From assembly GCF_963921235.1 (NCBI RefSeq), contig NC_086097.1, positions 129,954,001 to 130,018,000 on the forward strand: a DNA stretch of 64,000 bases, read 5' to 3'. Source of the DNA: Mobula hypostoma. Lineage: Eukaryota. Made by a program: the position numbers and the translations under genes. The notes under the pieces were generated by a model. That model did not search any database. It was not told the DNA's origin and worked only from the letters and a program-made list of their open reading frames with translations. Shown here in pieces: positions 24,948 through 38,964 of this stretch; the first letter of the stretch is position 1, and each line of letters starts with the position of its first letter.

Positions 24948-27400
24948 AAATACACACAAAATGCTGGAGGAATTCAGGTCACACAGCGTTAATGGAAATG
25001 AACAAATAGTTGATGTTTTGGGCTGAAACCTTGCTTCAGGGCTGGAAAGGAAGTGGGGAAACGCCAGAATAAAACGGTGGGAGAGAAAAGGAGGACGAGC
25101 TGGAAGGTAACAGGTGAAACTAGGTGGGTAGGAAAGGTAAAAGGCTGGAGAAGAAGGAATCTGATAGGAGAGGAGCGTGGACCATGGAAGAAAGGGAAGA
25201 GAGGGGGCACAGGTGAGAAGAGGTAAGAGGGCAGAGTGGGAAATAGAAGCAAAGGGAAGAAGGAAAAAAATTACTGAAAGGAGAAATCCATATTCATGCC
25301 ACCAAGTTGGAGGCTGCCTAAAAAGAATGTGAGGTGTTGCTCCTCAACCTTGAGAGTGGTCTCATTGTAACAAAAGAGGCCATGGGTTGACATGTTGGAA
25401 TGGGAATTAAAATGTTTGGCTACCGGGAAATTCTGCTTTTGGTTGATGGAGCAGAGGTGTTTGACAAAACTGTCTCCCAATTTACATCAGGTTTCACCAA
25501 TTTAGAGGAGGAGGCTGCATCAGGAGAACTGGATACAATAGACAAAATCAACAGATTCACAGTTGAAATTTTTGCCTCACCAGGAAGGACTGTTTGGGGT
25601 GTTGAATGGAGAAGAGGAAGGAGGTGAATGGACAGATGCATTACCTCTGTCACTTGCAGGGATACGTGCCAGGAGGGAGATTAATAGAGAGGGACAAATA
25701 GACAAGGGAATCATGGAGGGTGAAATCCCAGTGGAAAGTTGGGGATGGGGGTAAAATGTGTTTGGTGGTAGGATCCTGTTGAAGATGGTGGAAGTTGCGG
25801 AGGCTCATGCGATTGGTAGTAGGTGAGGACAAGAGGAACTCTACCCCTGTTAAGGCAGCAGGAAGACAGGGTGAGCGCGGATGTCCGGGAAGTGGAGGAG
25901 ATACAGGTGAGGGCAGCATCAATGGTGGAGGAAGCAAAACCGCATTCTTTGAAGAAGGAAGACATCTCTGATGTCCTGGAAAGAAAAGCTTCATCCTGAG
26001 AACAGATGCGGCGAAGGCAAAGGAACTGATAAAAAGGTTTTAACAAGGTTAACAAAGTTTTTACAGGGTGGGAAGAGGTATAATTAGACGAAAGAACTGA
26101 GAATACAGAACAGCATTTTTACAGGAGACAGGGTGCGAAGAGTATAATCTTCATGGGGATCAGAAGGCTTATAAAAGATGTCGACAGACAGTTTGGCTCC
26201 AGAGATGGAGAGAGAGAGATTGAGAAAGGGGTGAGAGGTGTCAGAAATGGAGCAAGTGAATTGAAGGGCAGGGTGGAAGTTGGAGGCAAAATTGATGAAA
26301 TTGATGAGCTCAACATGGGTGCAGGAGGCATCACCAATGCAATCGTCAATGTAGCACAGGAAGAGTTGTGAGAAACTTTTGAGGGCGAGGACCAGTTCTG
26401 CCAGATGGAGGAGGGTGGTGTTAGAGGAGAACTGGTTTGGTCTTTTGTTGAGAGAGAAGTGGAGAGCTTTTAGGTCGGAGGGAATGGTGAAGACGTGGAT
26501 TAGAGGAGGAAATAGAGAAGAGTTGATGGCATCAGAGGGTAGTGTGAGGGTACAGAGGGAAGGTAGGGTGGGAGGAAGATGGAGGTTCAGAGAACCCAAG
26601 AGTTGACACGGTAGCCTGAGAAACCCAGGGTTGGAGAGTGATGATGGAGGAAAGGAAGCCCAGGGGCTAATCACCAATGGGGAAGATCTCCTGGGGATGG
26701 TGGCAGCTGAGGTCCAGAGCTAGAGGCTACATAATTCACAGTATGAAAGCTTCCGGGTCATTAGAGCTGGAGTTGGAGGTGGTGGGATATGTGGTCTGGA
26801 GGCACCTGGCGTCATAGAGCCGCAGATTATGACGATGGTATCCATGGTCTGCAAGTATGTAGGGCCATCGGAAATGGAGCTGGAGAAGGCAGGATCTGCA
26901 GTCCGGAGGGGTCCAGGCCCATCAGAACCAGAGATGGAGGAGGCAGGATTCATGGTCTGGAGACAGGAGATTTTCCCATCCTCCTGGACATGAGAAAGGT
27001 GAAGAACTGGTGATTGAAGGTGTGGATCCAGCAGAGGTCGAACTGTCAGGGAGATCCATGACAGTTAGAGGAGAAAGAGGCCCAAGGCTGTGAAAGAGAC
27101 TGTGACATAGCCTGCAGGTATCTCCGCATAACCAAGAGGGTAGTGTGTAGATTTGAGAGGCGGCAGGAGAAGCAGTCGATCAAACATGGGTACTCGGCAT
27201 CCTCTGTGGCTCCTGAACACTGAGCTGGAAGCCATGTGGAACAAGACAAGCTTCCAGGGAGGGTAAGGTCGTATTAGCAAGTCTGGGTGAGTACATGGTC
27301 GAAGAGTCGGAGTGCAGCAAAGATCACAGAAGGGAAGCAGTGAGAAACAGTTTCACTGAACTCCCATTGAAGAGACGATTTAAACTTCTTCAGGACAGGC
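24948..27400 (-). mobile_element. Degraded, internally deleted Penelope-like element (RT + GIY-YIG)
   Basis: YIDDCIG (RT), NFHPALQFT, QFLCLRRICS, VPLVLTY and GDSFVKHL...VAKHFNS motifs. Terminal repeat at 24948-25060. Confidence 0.88.
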
Positions 27401-27429
27401 ATACTTTTACAGTGGAGCAGCAAATCATA

Positions 27430-27775
27430 AACACAAGTGATTCTGCAGATGCTGGAAACCAGGGCAACACACACAACATGCTGGAGGAACTCAGCATGTC
27501 AAACAGCAGCCATGGAAATGAATGAACAGTCAACTTTTCAGACCAAGAGCCTTCTTCAGGACTGGAAAAAATTACCGGAAGGAGAAATCAATATTCATGC
27601 AATCAGGTTGAGACTATTGTGGCGGTTGCTCCTCAACCCTGAGAGCGGTCTCATCATGGCAAAAAAGGTGGTCATGGACCAACATGTCGGAATGAGTATG
27701 GGAATAGGAATGAAAATGGTTGGCCACCAGGAAGTTCTGCTTTTGGTGGATGGAGCAGAGGTGCTCAACAAACAG
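27430..27775 (-). mobile_element. Adjacent partial Penelope copy (partial tandem) with a near-intact hammerhead at ~27527-27564
   Basis: Repeats the 24950-25470 sequence. Minus strand CAGUC-CUGAAGA-AGG...UCU-GAAA-AGUU-GACUG. Confidence 0.8.
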
Positions 27776-29254
27776 TACATAAACATATTTGGATTACATT
27801 GGATCAAATCTTGAAACAAAAGAAAGTAATATGTGCAGGGGGAGATAGAGAGGGAACAAAGTCTTTGATCTTTGCAGTACAGAGAAATACTTTAGAAGAT
27901 AAGCATGTTTTGATTACATGTAACTTTGGTGATTACTGGCAAAGAGAAGCTAGAATCAATAAACCTCAATTAACCTTGTCTAAGAATGGTACATCATTAT
28001 AATCAATCTGCAAAGATTCATAATAATTAAAAATGAGGTCAAAAGCACTTGCAGTACTTTATTATACAAACATTTAAGTAACAATATTTTCACTCAAAAT
28101 ACTTAATTAGTTGCTGTAAAACAAACTGCATATATTTCTTTCCAGCAAAAAATATAGGAACTGTTGCATGCAAATGTTTTTATCAAATACGTCCTAAAGC
28201 ACAGCAATATTTTCTAACTGTACCATTCATATTTAAGAATATGTCTCTTTTGGTGCTTAATATACAGGTCCAAGATCAAAGAAAAAATACAGAGAATACC
28301 AGACAGATCAGAAAGCATAGAGAGTGCAGAGGAGAGAAAGAGAGGGTAAGGGAAGGGGAGGAGGAAGGTTTGGGACTAGGAGAGGAGGGAGAGAAGTGGG
28401 GAGGAGTTAAAAGAGAATGGGGAGAGATGCAGGAGGTACGTAGGGAGGGGAGGAGCTCAAGGTGACAGGGTAAGAGTGAGAGGAGGACAGAGGTGCAATT
28501 TTCTGTCAATAACAGCATTAGCACTGACAACCTCCCTAACCTGCAGTGTATTTTCAGTGCTTCCTTTTTTAAGCCCTTAATCAGTTCCCTTAGCCTGCAT
28601 CACCAGAAACAGCTTTTTTGTGCAATTCTTATGCAGACTCTTGTCTTTGGAGGTGTCACAATTTTCCTGATGTCATGAAGAGAATGAGTTAAGCTGGCTA
28701 GTTCTCAAGTCCCCATTTCAAGGCAACAAATATACTGCACTGGCTGTTGTGCAATGCGTCAAGAAGAGAGTGTTTGAGGCATACAGGAGCAGCATACCTT
28801 TCTCTCTTGTTTTCTCTCCGTCCTACTTCCCCAGGTGCTACCTGACCTTCTTTGATTTTGATATTGTGACAAGAGCAAACCCACACCACCATGTTCAGGA
28901 ACAGCTACATTTCTACATCCATTAGGTTCTTGAACTGACCTGCACAACCCTAAACCTATAGATGCTGCCTGACTAGCTGAGTTCCTCCAGCATTTTGTGT
29001 GTGTTATTTTGCACTCTATTCTTTTCTGTCTTGTGTAATTTATGAATGATATGTTCTGTATGAATCTACATGCCCACTGCAAGCAAAGTTTCCAAAGTAT
29101 CTGTACTCCACTGTACTTATACATATGAAAATAGTCACCACTGCCGAGGTTTTGAATTTGATCATTACTTACAGCAACTTTCAGAAACAAAAGCTCCTGT
29201 CCATAATACAATACAAAGAAAACATACACGAGAAATGGGGGGGGGGGGGGGCTA

Positions 29255-29510
29255 GTGCTTCAATAAGACAGCACTTCAAGGAGGTGGTATCCATCACTAA
29301 GATGTCCACTCAATAATATAGGAACAGCTTCTTCCCCTCCTTCATCAGATTTTGGAAAGGTCCATGAACACCGTGTCGTTATTCCTCTTTGTTTGAACAA
29401 TTTATTTATTTTTAAAATTTATAGTAATTTTGTGTCTTTGCACTGTACTTCTGCCACAAAACAATGAAATTCATATTATTTAAGTCTCTGATAATAAATC
29501 TGATTCTGAT
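29255..29510 (+). mobile_element. Rex1/Babar-like 3' fragment
   Basis: ggaacagcttcttcccctcc...gataataaatctgattctga tail. Confidence 0.7.
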
Positions 29511-31682
29511 TGATCATTGGTCAACAATCTCTCAGTTGAAATGAGAAACATTAGAAACAAGTATTTTATCGTTCTGATTACCCAGTACCAACATTAAAAC
29601 TCTGCAGTTTAAGTGTGGATTGATGTCACTTTTACTCCATTAGCCAACTTCCATTTTTCACAGAAGTAATTTTAAGGGATTTTGAATCTAGTTTCAAATT
29701 AAAGGTAATATTGTTGCCATAAAGGCTTTCAGCTAGAACTTAGGCAGAAATCATAGTGAAATTGCAAAATAGTTACTTAAGCAATTTATTATTGAAATAC
29801 AATGGAAAATTTAGAAACTTTTGAGAAACAATTATCTTCGTGGGAACAGATTATGAATCTGGGAATCTTACATGAATGGAGCTAAAATCACAAAAATTCA
29901 ATTGGCCTGACATTGTTGATATAGAAGGGGAATTTAATATCAAGAGAAGTTGAAAAATTACAAGAAAGGCATGTCTTAAGTTGCAGGATAAGAGGATGGG
30001 TGGAAAGTTAAATTCTTCAGTCTCTCTTGGTCTGTATCCTCCCACAGTATTTTGGCTCAGTTTCTCTTCTTTCAGTTTGTGAAGTCTGACATGCTAGGTA
30101 TGTCCCACAGCTTTATCATTTGCAACACATTACACTGGCTGAACAAAAAGGTTAATCTGCCAATTAACTGTCACATTAGCCTATTTGGTCTCACCCTACC
30201 AAATCTACTCCATTTGTTTTATCTATACTTCTTTCATGTTCCCTGCAAGTGAAAATTAATAAGTACTCTCTCATTCTCAATTCTGATGAAAAGTTTCAGA
30301 CCAGAAACATTGACTCTTTCTCTTTCAATGATGCTATATGACGTACTGGATGTTTCCACATTTTTATTTGGTATTGTGCCTTTGAAAAACAGAGGCTCAC
30401 CAAATGTATGCACCACTAAAATATTACAGTGCATTGTTCATGCATAGATAATAACAGTGCAACAATTAAGATGTTAATAATGGAAACACAGTAGAAAACT
30501 TCGAATCATTTAGCCCAGCAACGAGTGGTCTCAAAACATTTATAACCTGGATGGACTGTACTTTGAAGTTTCACTTATTTCCAGTGGAAATTAACCAGTT
30601 TGGTCTTGGATTAGAAATGCTACAACAGAAGGAGTACAGCATTCAGTCCATTTCATCTGTGCTGGGATTCTTAAAGATCTCTACATTTAAAGTAAATTCC
30701 TTGTAATAATAAATCAGCTCACACATTTATCCACAACCAACCCTCCCATTAAAAGGTACTTATTGAAAAATAGAGTCATACAACATGGGAGCAGGCTCTT
30801 CCGCCTAACAGGTCCATACTGATCAGCATGCCCACTCAAATACTGCCATTTGGCCCATAACCTTCTAAATATTTGACTATCGATGTATCTATTTAAGTGG
30901 CTTTTAAAAGTTGTTACTATACTTGACACAATCACTTCCTCTGGCAGTTCTTTACACTTTACACCTTTTGCATAAGAAAATTATACTCTTTTGTTTATGA
31001 ACTCCAAAAATAATGATTTAAGAAGCCACAGATTTAATGACAGGAAATGTATTGGCAAGGGAATATGTGATTTTAAAAGTAAATATGTTTTCCAGAAAGT
31101 CTCATCCAAGAAAGATAACGGTATGCTATGAAATCTGTTTCCATGGTTTTTTTTTGCTATATGCTAGGCAACAGCTAAGTATAGATCTCAAACTTAAAGC
31201 TTCCATTCTAAAGATTTTGATAACATTTAATCTTTGAGCATTCCTTAAAAATAAAATAGACATTAAACTCTTATTCCCGCTGATGGTGAAAAATGGTGAT
31301 TTCTTTTTACTCACTTACAGATGGAAATTTTGACATGAAGGTCAGAAATTATTGCTCAATTCCAATTCTTATGCACTGAATGCTGGCAATTGACCATTAG
31401 TTTGGTCAGTGTGCTTGCTTTTACTCCATGGCTCTCCTTGTGCATTAGACCCATGGAATTTTACAGCAGAGGAGGCCATCGACTTGGGTTACTGTGGCTT
31501 TGTTGATCTGGTAAAAATTACAATTTCCAAATGTCAGGTAGACATTTGGTCTTTAAGTCTATGCTGGCTTTCACAGGATTCCCTGTAATTTCAATTTTCC
31601 CTGTAAACTATTCTCCACACTTACGCACATCCTACCACTTACCTATATACCAGGGGCAATTGACAGCAGCCCATTAAAATCT

Positions 31683-32128
31683 TAAGACATAGGAGCAGAA
31701 TTAGGCCATTGGTCCATGACTGAGTCATTCCACCATTCAATCATGGCTGATTTATTTTCCTTCTCCATCCCATTCTTCTGCCTTTTCCCCATAACTTTTG
31801 AATCCCTTACTAATCAAGAATGTATCAACCTCTGCATTCGATATACCCAATAACTTGGCTTCCACGGCCGTCTGTGGCAATGAATTCCATAGATTCACCA
31901 CTCTCTGGCTAAAGAAATTCTTCTTCATCTCTTTTTTAAAAGGACTTCCCGTGATTTTCAGGCTGTCCCCTCTGGTCTTGCACTCTGCCGCTATTGGGAA
32001 CATTCTCCTCGTGTTTACTCTATCTAGGCCTTTCAATATTTGGTAGGTTTCAATGAGATCCCCCCTCATTCTTCTACTCTCCAGTGAGTACAGATCAAGA
32101 GCCATCAACCGCTCCCGATACATTAACC
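31683..32128 (-). mobile_element. CR1 3' end inserted within a V-SINE-like element (SINE parts ~31555-31680 and ~32165-32345)
   Basis: ORF 31752-32138 encodes the CR1 ORF2 C-terminus (RRMRGDLIE, FFSQRVVNLWNSLP). Confidence 0.85.
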
Positions 32129-32769
32129 CAGTATACAAAGTAATCTGGCATCGGAGTTAGAAATTGACAGGAATGATATGTGGACATCATTAACCCATCA
32201 ACATGTATGCCTTTGAAATGTGCACGTAAACTGGAGCACTTAAGATCATCCACCTGGCCATAGGGAGAACTTGCACACTCCAGATAGTTAGTGCCAGAGG
32301 TCAGCATTAGACCTGGGTCTCTGAAGCTGTAAGGCAATTAGTTCCATGCATTTTTCTTTGCAATCCTGCAAATTCCCCTGCTTTAAGTTTTTTTTTATTT
32401 TCTATGCACTAAGCACTCAAAGTTGTGATGTGAGTATTTTGAAATGCGTTTTGAAATTCAGTCTCACTGACTTCAAAGAACAGATCAGTGGTTTACCTCA
32501 TAATCCGTATAGTGTATACTCCACAGGACAGTACACACGCTACGAAGAGTGCAAAACTTAACCTCGGTACCAGTAGCCTCTGAACCAATGGCCTTCAAAG
32601 TCAAAGTGAAACTTCACTTCTGCGAATTCATAAAGTGGCAGGTTTGGTGGAAGCTTTTAAGGAATTCATTCATCAGAATTACTGAGGTTCAAAGCAAAGA
32701 CAAAATTAAACTTTGAGCAAATGGTTGATATGATGGAAGCTTTTAAGCCACAATTAGTGTTGGCGATAT

Positions 32770-33057
32770 CTCCTTCCTCAAAGGGCACCCTGGACATGGC
32801 CTTTTCTTGTTACCACAATCAGGGAGAAAGTACAGGAGTCCAAAGACCCACAATGAATGATTCAGAATCAGCCTCACCCCCTCCACCATCAAATTTCTGA
32901 ATGGTCTATGAACCCACAAATACTACCTCAATATTCCTTTTCTGGGCACTATTTATTTTTGTAATTTATAATAATTTTTACGTCTTTGCACTGTACTTCT
33001 TCTGCAGAACAACAAATAGCACATCTCAGCAGTCAGTGATAATAAATGTGATTTCTG
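32770..33057 (+). mobile_element. Rex1/Babar-like 3' fragment next to the exon donor site
   Basis: atcagggagaaagtacaggag...ccctccaccatca...gtgataataaatgtgatt tail. Confidence 0.75.
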
Positions 33058-33082
33058 AAGCAAGAACAAGGTGCAACCTTAC

Positions 33083-33294
33083 CTAAGAACTCTGCCCGTC
33101 AAGCTTCCTTCACTGGATGATGATTTTGGCCTTGTTTCCATTTCGGTCTTCACACTTTCTGTTGCTCCAGGTTCTGGTCTCAGCTCTTCTTGCTTTTGCA
33201 CCTCCTCTTGGGGCTGTTCAACCTGCTCCTTCACCTTCTCTTCCTTCTCAGTCTCACTTTCATTGTCACTGTCTTCTCCCAAGATATCATCCAC
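33083..33294 (-). CDS. CTDP1: Internal coding exon of RNA polymerase II CTD phosphatase FCP1 (penultimate coding exon, acidic C-terminal region)
   Basis: Encodes VDDILGEDSDNESETEK...SSSSEGSLTGRVLR, resembling recalled vertebrate FCP1 (KE)VDDILGEGSDDSDSEK...SSERS...GPR(GHKRK). Acceptor ttttacatttcaaccccatatggcag|GTG and donor AG|gtaagg; phases 0 and 2. Confidence 0.85.
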
Positions 33295-33699
33295 CTGCCA
33301 TATGGGGTTGAAATGTAAAATTAAACCATCGGAATTGCTCTTCAGCAGCCACACAATCCAGCAGATTGATAATTGTAGAATTTTTTTTTAAAACTGCAGA
33401 TGATGGAATTCTAAAATAAAAACAGAAAATGCTAGAAGCTCTCATCAGTTCAGGCAGCATCAATGGAAAGAGAAACAGTTAAGGAAACAGGTCTGTGACT
33501 TTTGTTAGAACAAATACTGATTTAGTTTTCATTTTTTTTTACATTTAGTTCCTCCTTTTCAACTCTTTATTAACTTCCTCTATCCATCTACAATCAGCCT
33601 GTCAAGCAATCCAAGTGCCAAGGAAAGATTAACCTGATCCATCTTACATCCGATTAAGCACTTCTGTAGGTACTTGTGTCATGAATTCTGTGTTCTTGC

Positions 33700-34180
33700 A
33701 TTCTGGGAGGAAAAAAAAATTCTTCTGAATTCTATACTCAGACTATTAGTCACTACCATAGCTACTGCATCCAATCTCTCCTCTATGCTGAAAGCAATTT
33801 CTCAACGTCTCCTTCATCAAACCACTTCAGAAGACCACCATCAGGCCAATTATCTTCTAGTGAGAAGTACACCTCCTGTATTCCCAAGTCTCTTTGCACT
33901 TGGAATTTTTGAATTTTCTCTCCATTTAGAAAATAGTCTGTGCTTTTATTCCTTCTACCAAAGAGTATGTCCATATACTTCCCTGAATAGTATTCCACTT
34001 ACCACTTGTTTGCTCATTTTTTTATCTGTCCAAGTCCTTCTGCAGCCTCCCTGCTTCCTCAACACTTCTTGGCCCTCCACCTATCTACTTCCGCAACTTG
34101 GCCACAAAAACATCAACTCCATCATCCAAGTCATTGACATACAACTTTAAAAGAAGTGGTCTCAACACCGACCCCTTGAC
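33700..34180 (-). mobile_element. Degraded CR1 RT fragment
   Basis: DYFLNGEKIQK..VQRDLG in ORF 33783-33998. Confidence 0.7.
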
Positions 34181-34739
34181 TATCTGAAAATGCCCAGCTT
34201 TGACATCCTGCACATTTGGAGATCCTCGTAGGTGAGAAATTAATATTAAAAAGTTCACAAAACTATTAAACTCAATGACAAATGAACTTAAAGATTCTGA
34301 TATTGCTTTTCATTCATTTCATTGAAGCTGCCGCTTTTAAAACAGGTTTCACCCAGTCTGGAATGTGGGAGACCTGCGGATGTATTGCGTTGGAGGACTC
34401 CATGATGAGTTGACCAGTCCGCTGTTTCAGCCCAGGTGTCCAGAGATCAGTTTAAAGCAGGAAGCTGCATTTTAGTCTGTGCTTGGCATTCCTGCACTTG
34501 CACTCGGTAAAGTGCTTAAAATCTGCTAGATACAGAAGCTTTTATCTTGAAAATCTGGGCCACTGAGTGCGGACCAAATGCATTATCCTCCTGCTCTTTC
34601 AGGCCAACACTGGAGTGCTGGACTAAACCCCACAAGCTTTTATAGATATGCTGTGAACTGAGCCACAGCCACCACTCACAATGTTAACTACACTGGATGA
34701 TTAGATAGCACACAAGCATTAGGATTCCCCCTAGTTCTC

Positions 34740-34980
34740 CGGTAATTGCATGTAACAGTGAAGAGCTTTCGTCTGCATGCTATCCAGACCGAGCATTCCA
34801 TACAAAATTTTTTAAAGTAAATTTTAAAAATGCAGAGAAAATGTAGGACAAATAAAGTGCAAGGGCCATGGTGAGTTGGACTGAGAGATCAAAAGTTCAT
34901 TTTTATCTTATAAAAGATCCATTTAAGAGTCTTAAAACAACAGGATAGAAACTGTCCTTGAACCTATTGGTACGCCTTCT
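34740..34980 (-). mobile_element. Rex1/Babar-like 3' fragment
   Basis: agtcttaaaacaacaggatagaaactgtccttgaacct is the reverse of the sequence at ~21540 and ~41720. Confidence 0.6.
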
Positions 34981-35769
34981 CATTTAAGAAATCTGTTGCA
35001 GTTGTAAACCATTGTTAACTCATTGTTGTGAGTATTTTGAGACAAAATTAATGAACTAATTTATACACGGCTTATAAATTACCTCTCAGAATTTACAAAA
35101 AAAAACTCAGTTATATCTGTCAAGTCTACAAAGCCAATTAGCTCTTCAAATACATTCTACCACAGCCAGCTGGGTACCAGTAAGCATACCATCCTAGCTG
35201 TCTCAAGAACATCAAAGAAATTTTAATTGTATCATTAACAAAATCAGTGCCTTAGGGGATTTGAAAATGTAACAGATTTCGAGAGGGGATGGGGGTGAGC
35301 CAGAAGGGTAAAGCAGACTATCTGGTGATAATCAGTGTTGCTCGTCAGTGTTTCCCTACAATTGGTTGCCATGTTTTCTACACTGCAACAGGTCTTTAGG
35401 GCCTTCCTGTCAGAAGTCAAAAAGGTATTATGTAACCACAGTTCTTTTCATTCCAAAGTTATCTAAATTCAGCCCAGAATTTGACAATGTTTTCTGAAAC
35501 TCAGCTGAAACTGGGCTTCCAATGTGGAAATCCCATTGTCTACAGTATATGGTTCAGTTTACCACTTTGTTCTATCCTGCTGTGTTTGTGCATATGAGCT
35601 GCAAAACAAAGGTTATGCCCTGGGCCCAGTACTCTTCCGTTGTTTCATCATTAACTCACCTACAATCAGGTAGTCAATGGGAATGTTTAATGTTGATTGC
35701 ACAAGGTGCAGTTCCATTTGTAACTCTCTAGCAAATGAAGTAACCCATTCCTACTTTCAGCAAGACCAA

Positions 35770-36505
35770 AGCAACACTAAAGCATAGGCTGATAAGTGGC
35801 AAGTTCCATTGATACCAGGAAATGATAACCTCTGTCAGAATGGGTAGCCACCTTCCCATGACATTCAAAAGCATGACTACAATTGAGTTCCACCATCAAC
35901 ATTCTTGGAGGTGACACTTTTAACTAGGAACTGAATTGGTACAGCCACATAATTATTATGGTTTCTAGAGCAGGTGCAGAAGCTGCGTATCCTATGGCAA
36001 GTAGCTTGTTTCTCATATACCGAAGTCTTTGCACCATCTAAAACACAGAAGAGAGGAGTGTGATGAAATATCCTCTACTGGCCCGGAAGAGTGTGGTTTG
36101 AATATTAAAGAAGCTTGACATCTTGACTGAAAAACAGCCATTTGATTGACCTCTTCCTCTTCCTAAATATTAATTAGCATTATCAATGGCATACAGTGGT
36201 TGTAGTGTGTTAAAATTCTTGAATCGACTCAGACAGCACCTCCAAAATCAGTGACCTCCATCACCAAGGAACACATGGGCAGCACCACCACCAACTGCAT
36301 GGGCTCCTCCAAATAGCACACCATCCTGACTTGCAAGTATCACAGTCCTGGTTGGATCTATATCCTGAGGCTCCCTTCCCCACAGTATCACGGGAGAACC
36401 TTCACCAGAAGGGTAAGAGTGGTTTAAAAGGTGGCTCACCATCACCTTATCAGGAGATGGCCCATAAATAGTAGACAAGCCAGTGATGCCCAGATCTCCA
36501 AATAT
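35770..36505 (+). mobile_element. Old CR1/L2-clade LINE 3' fragment (distinct family)
   Basis: ADKWQV-like start, TINILGV-like motif, and a ggctcaccatcacctt...gccagtgatgccc 3' end. Confidence 0.55.
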
Positions 36506-36699
36506 GCATCAATTTAAAAAAAAGTCACACAATGAAGAACATCGTACAACTTCCAGCTAGTTTTGACAAGATTTATTCATAGATGATAGGTGGGTTCTCA
36601 AGCATTAGGGAAGCAAATGAGAGGCTGGAAAGTGATATAGGAGAAAATAACAGCATGTTTAATAGACATGACAGACGTGAATGGCCTGGAGCAAGGAAC

Positions 36700-38835
36700 A
36701 TCTATTGGATTAAGTTGCACTTATTTCAATGCAAGAGATCTGACAAGTAAGGTGGAAGAACCAAGGGCTTGGATTGCTACTTGAGTCTGAGATATTATAG
36801 TCAGTACAGTAACATTTCTAAGGAAGGGACAGGACTGATAGCTTAATGTTCCAGGGTACAGGTGCTTCAGGCAGGATAGAGGCAGAGGAAAGAGAGGAGG
36901 GGAAGTTGTATTTGTGGCTAGAGATGAAATTACTGAAGAAAAATCCACTGCGGCTTTACGAAAGATGCTGAGGCATGAGAAGGGGAAGATCACATTTTTG
37001 GGGTTGTACCAAAGCTCCCCAACTAGTCCCCAGGAATTAGAAGAATGAAGGAGAGCAAAAAGAGGGTGTGAGGAAACTTTGGTAGAGAAGGTTAAGGAAA
37101 ATCAAAAGAGATTTTAAGTATATTGAGGAAAAAAGGGTGACTAGAAGGAGAATAGGGCCCCTCAAAGACCAAAGAGGACACCTTTGTGTGAAGCCAATGG
37201 AGGTGGGCAAGGTCTTTCATGAATAGTTGCCCTCTGTTTTTACCATGGAGAAAGGCATAAAGAGTTTGGAACAAGGAAAGGTAAATGGGGAGGTCTTGGG
37301 GATAGTCTGCTTTACTGTAGAGGTGGTGCTGAATACTTTGAAAGGTATGAAGGTCGACAAATCTCTGGGACCTGATTAGGTTTATCCAAGAACACTTTAG
37401 ATGACTAGAGAAGAAACTGCAGTCACCCTGGTTGAGATACCTACATTATTGCTAGTCGCAGGCGAGATACTGGCAGAGTGGAGGATAGTAAATTCTGTGC
37501 CTTTATTTAAGAAGATACGCAAAGAAAAACTTGGGAACTACAGGTCAGTAGGTCTAACATCTGTGATAGGCCAGCTAATGGAAAGGATTCTGGAGGATAA
37601 GATATACATATATCTGGAAAGACAAGGACTAATTGTGGGTAGACAGCATGGCTTTGTGCATGGGAAATCACATCTTGGGAATTAGACTAAGGTTTTTAAT
37701 GAGGTACCAAAAAAGCTGATGAGGGCAGTGCAGAAGATGTGGACCAATAAGGCCTTTGAAATGGTTTCACATGATTGTCTGTTCTGGAAGGTCAGATCAC
37801 ATGTAATCCAGGAAGAGCTGGCTGATTGGATGCACAATTGGATTGATGATAGAAAGTAGCGGGCAATGGGAGGCAGTTGTTTCTTAGACTGGGTGCCTGT
37901 CTCTAGTGGTTTGCCTCAGGGGTCAGTGTCGAGCCAATTGTTGTTTGTCATTTATATCAATGATTTGGATAAGAATTTACAGAGCATGATTAGTAAGTTT
38001 CCAGACAACATGACAATAGGTGGTATAGGGGAGAATGAAGCAGGTCATCAAAAATTACAGGGGATCTTGAACAGCTAAATAAGTAGGCGAAGAAATGGCA
38101 AATGAGCTTAATTTGGATAAATGTGAGGTGTTCCATTTTGGAAAGTCAAATCCAATTAGGACTTTCATAGCGAACAGGAGGACCCTGGAGAGTACTGTAG
38201 AACAGAGGGACTTTGGAATACAAGTAAATTGTTCACAAAGCCGAGTCACAGTTAGAAAGTGGGATGAGGAAAGCTTTTGACACACTGAACCTTTTAAACC
38301 AGGGCTTTGAGTATAAATGTTTGGAAGCTGTGGTACAGTTGTACAAGCCACTGGTAAGGCTACACTTGGAGTAATGTTTTTAGTTTTGGTTGCCCTCCTA
38401 TAGAAAAGATGTTACTACACTGGAAAGAATGCAGAAAAGATTTACAATGATGCCTGGAGGACTCGAAGGACATACTTATAAGGAGAGGTTGGACAGGCTA
38501 GGACTTGACTTCTTAGAACCTAGAAGATCTTATGGATGTGAATGAGATCATGATAGGGCTAGAACGTATACACTCAGTCTTTTTCCACCAGAGTTGGGGA
38601 ATCATGAACTAGAGGGGCAATGTTTTTTTTTACACAAAGGATGGTGTCGATGTGGAACCATCTGCTGCAGGAAGTGATTGAGGCAGCTACCATAAAAACT
38701 TTTAAAAGATAGTTGGAAAGGGTTAGAAGGTTACGGGCCAAACTCTAGCAAATGGGACCAGCATGCTTTGGGGTATCTTGGTTGGCCTGGGCCACTTGGG
38801 CTGATGGGCCTGTTTCCATGTAATATGATTTTCTG
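36700..38835 (+). mobile_element. Degraded CR1 ORF2 with 3' end
   Basis: YFNAR, NYRSVGLTSV, QHGFVHGKS, SGLPQGSV, INDLD motifs with many stops. Confidence 0.88.
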
Positions 38836-38964
38836 AACACACTAAGTGAAACTAACTGCCATGAATGCATCTTACCAAGCCCCCCTCCCCCAGTTGAAAT
38901 GGTAGGAGAAAGGAAAGGTCTCACAATTAAGAAACATTGGCTGCAATATAGAGTATCATGCACA

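Noticed and set aside
29236..29251. Poly-G run (also ~49603-49617) as a functional G-quadruplex
   Set aside because: Simple homopolymers in or beside TE remnants, error-prone in sequencing, with no supporting context.
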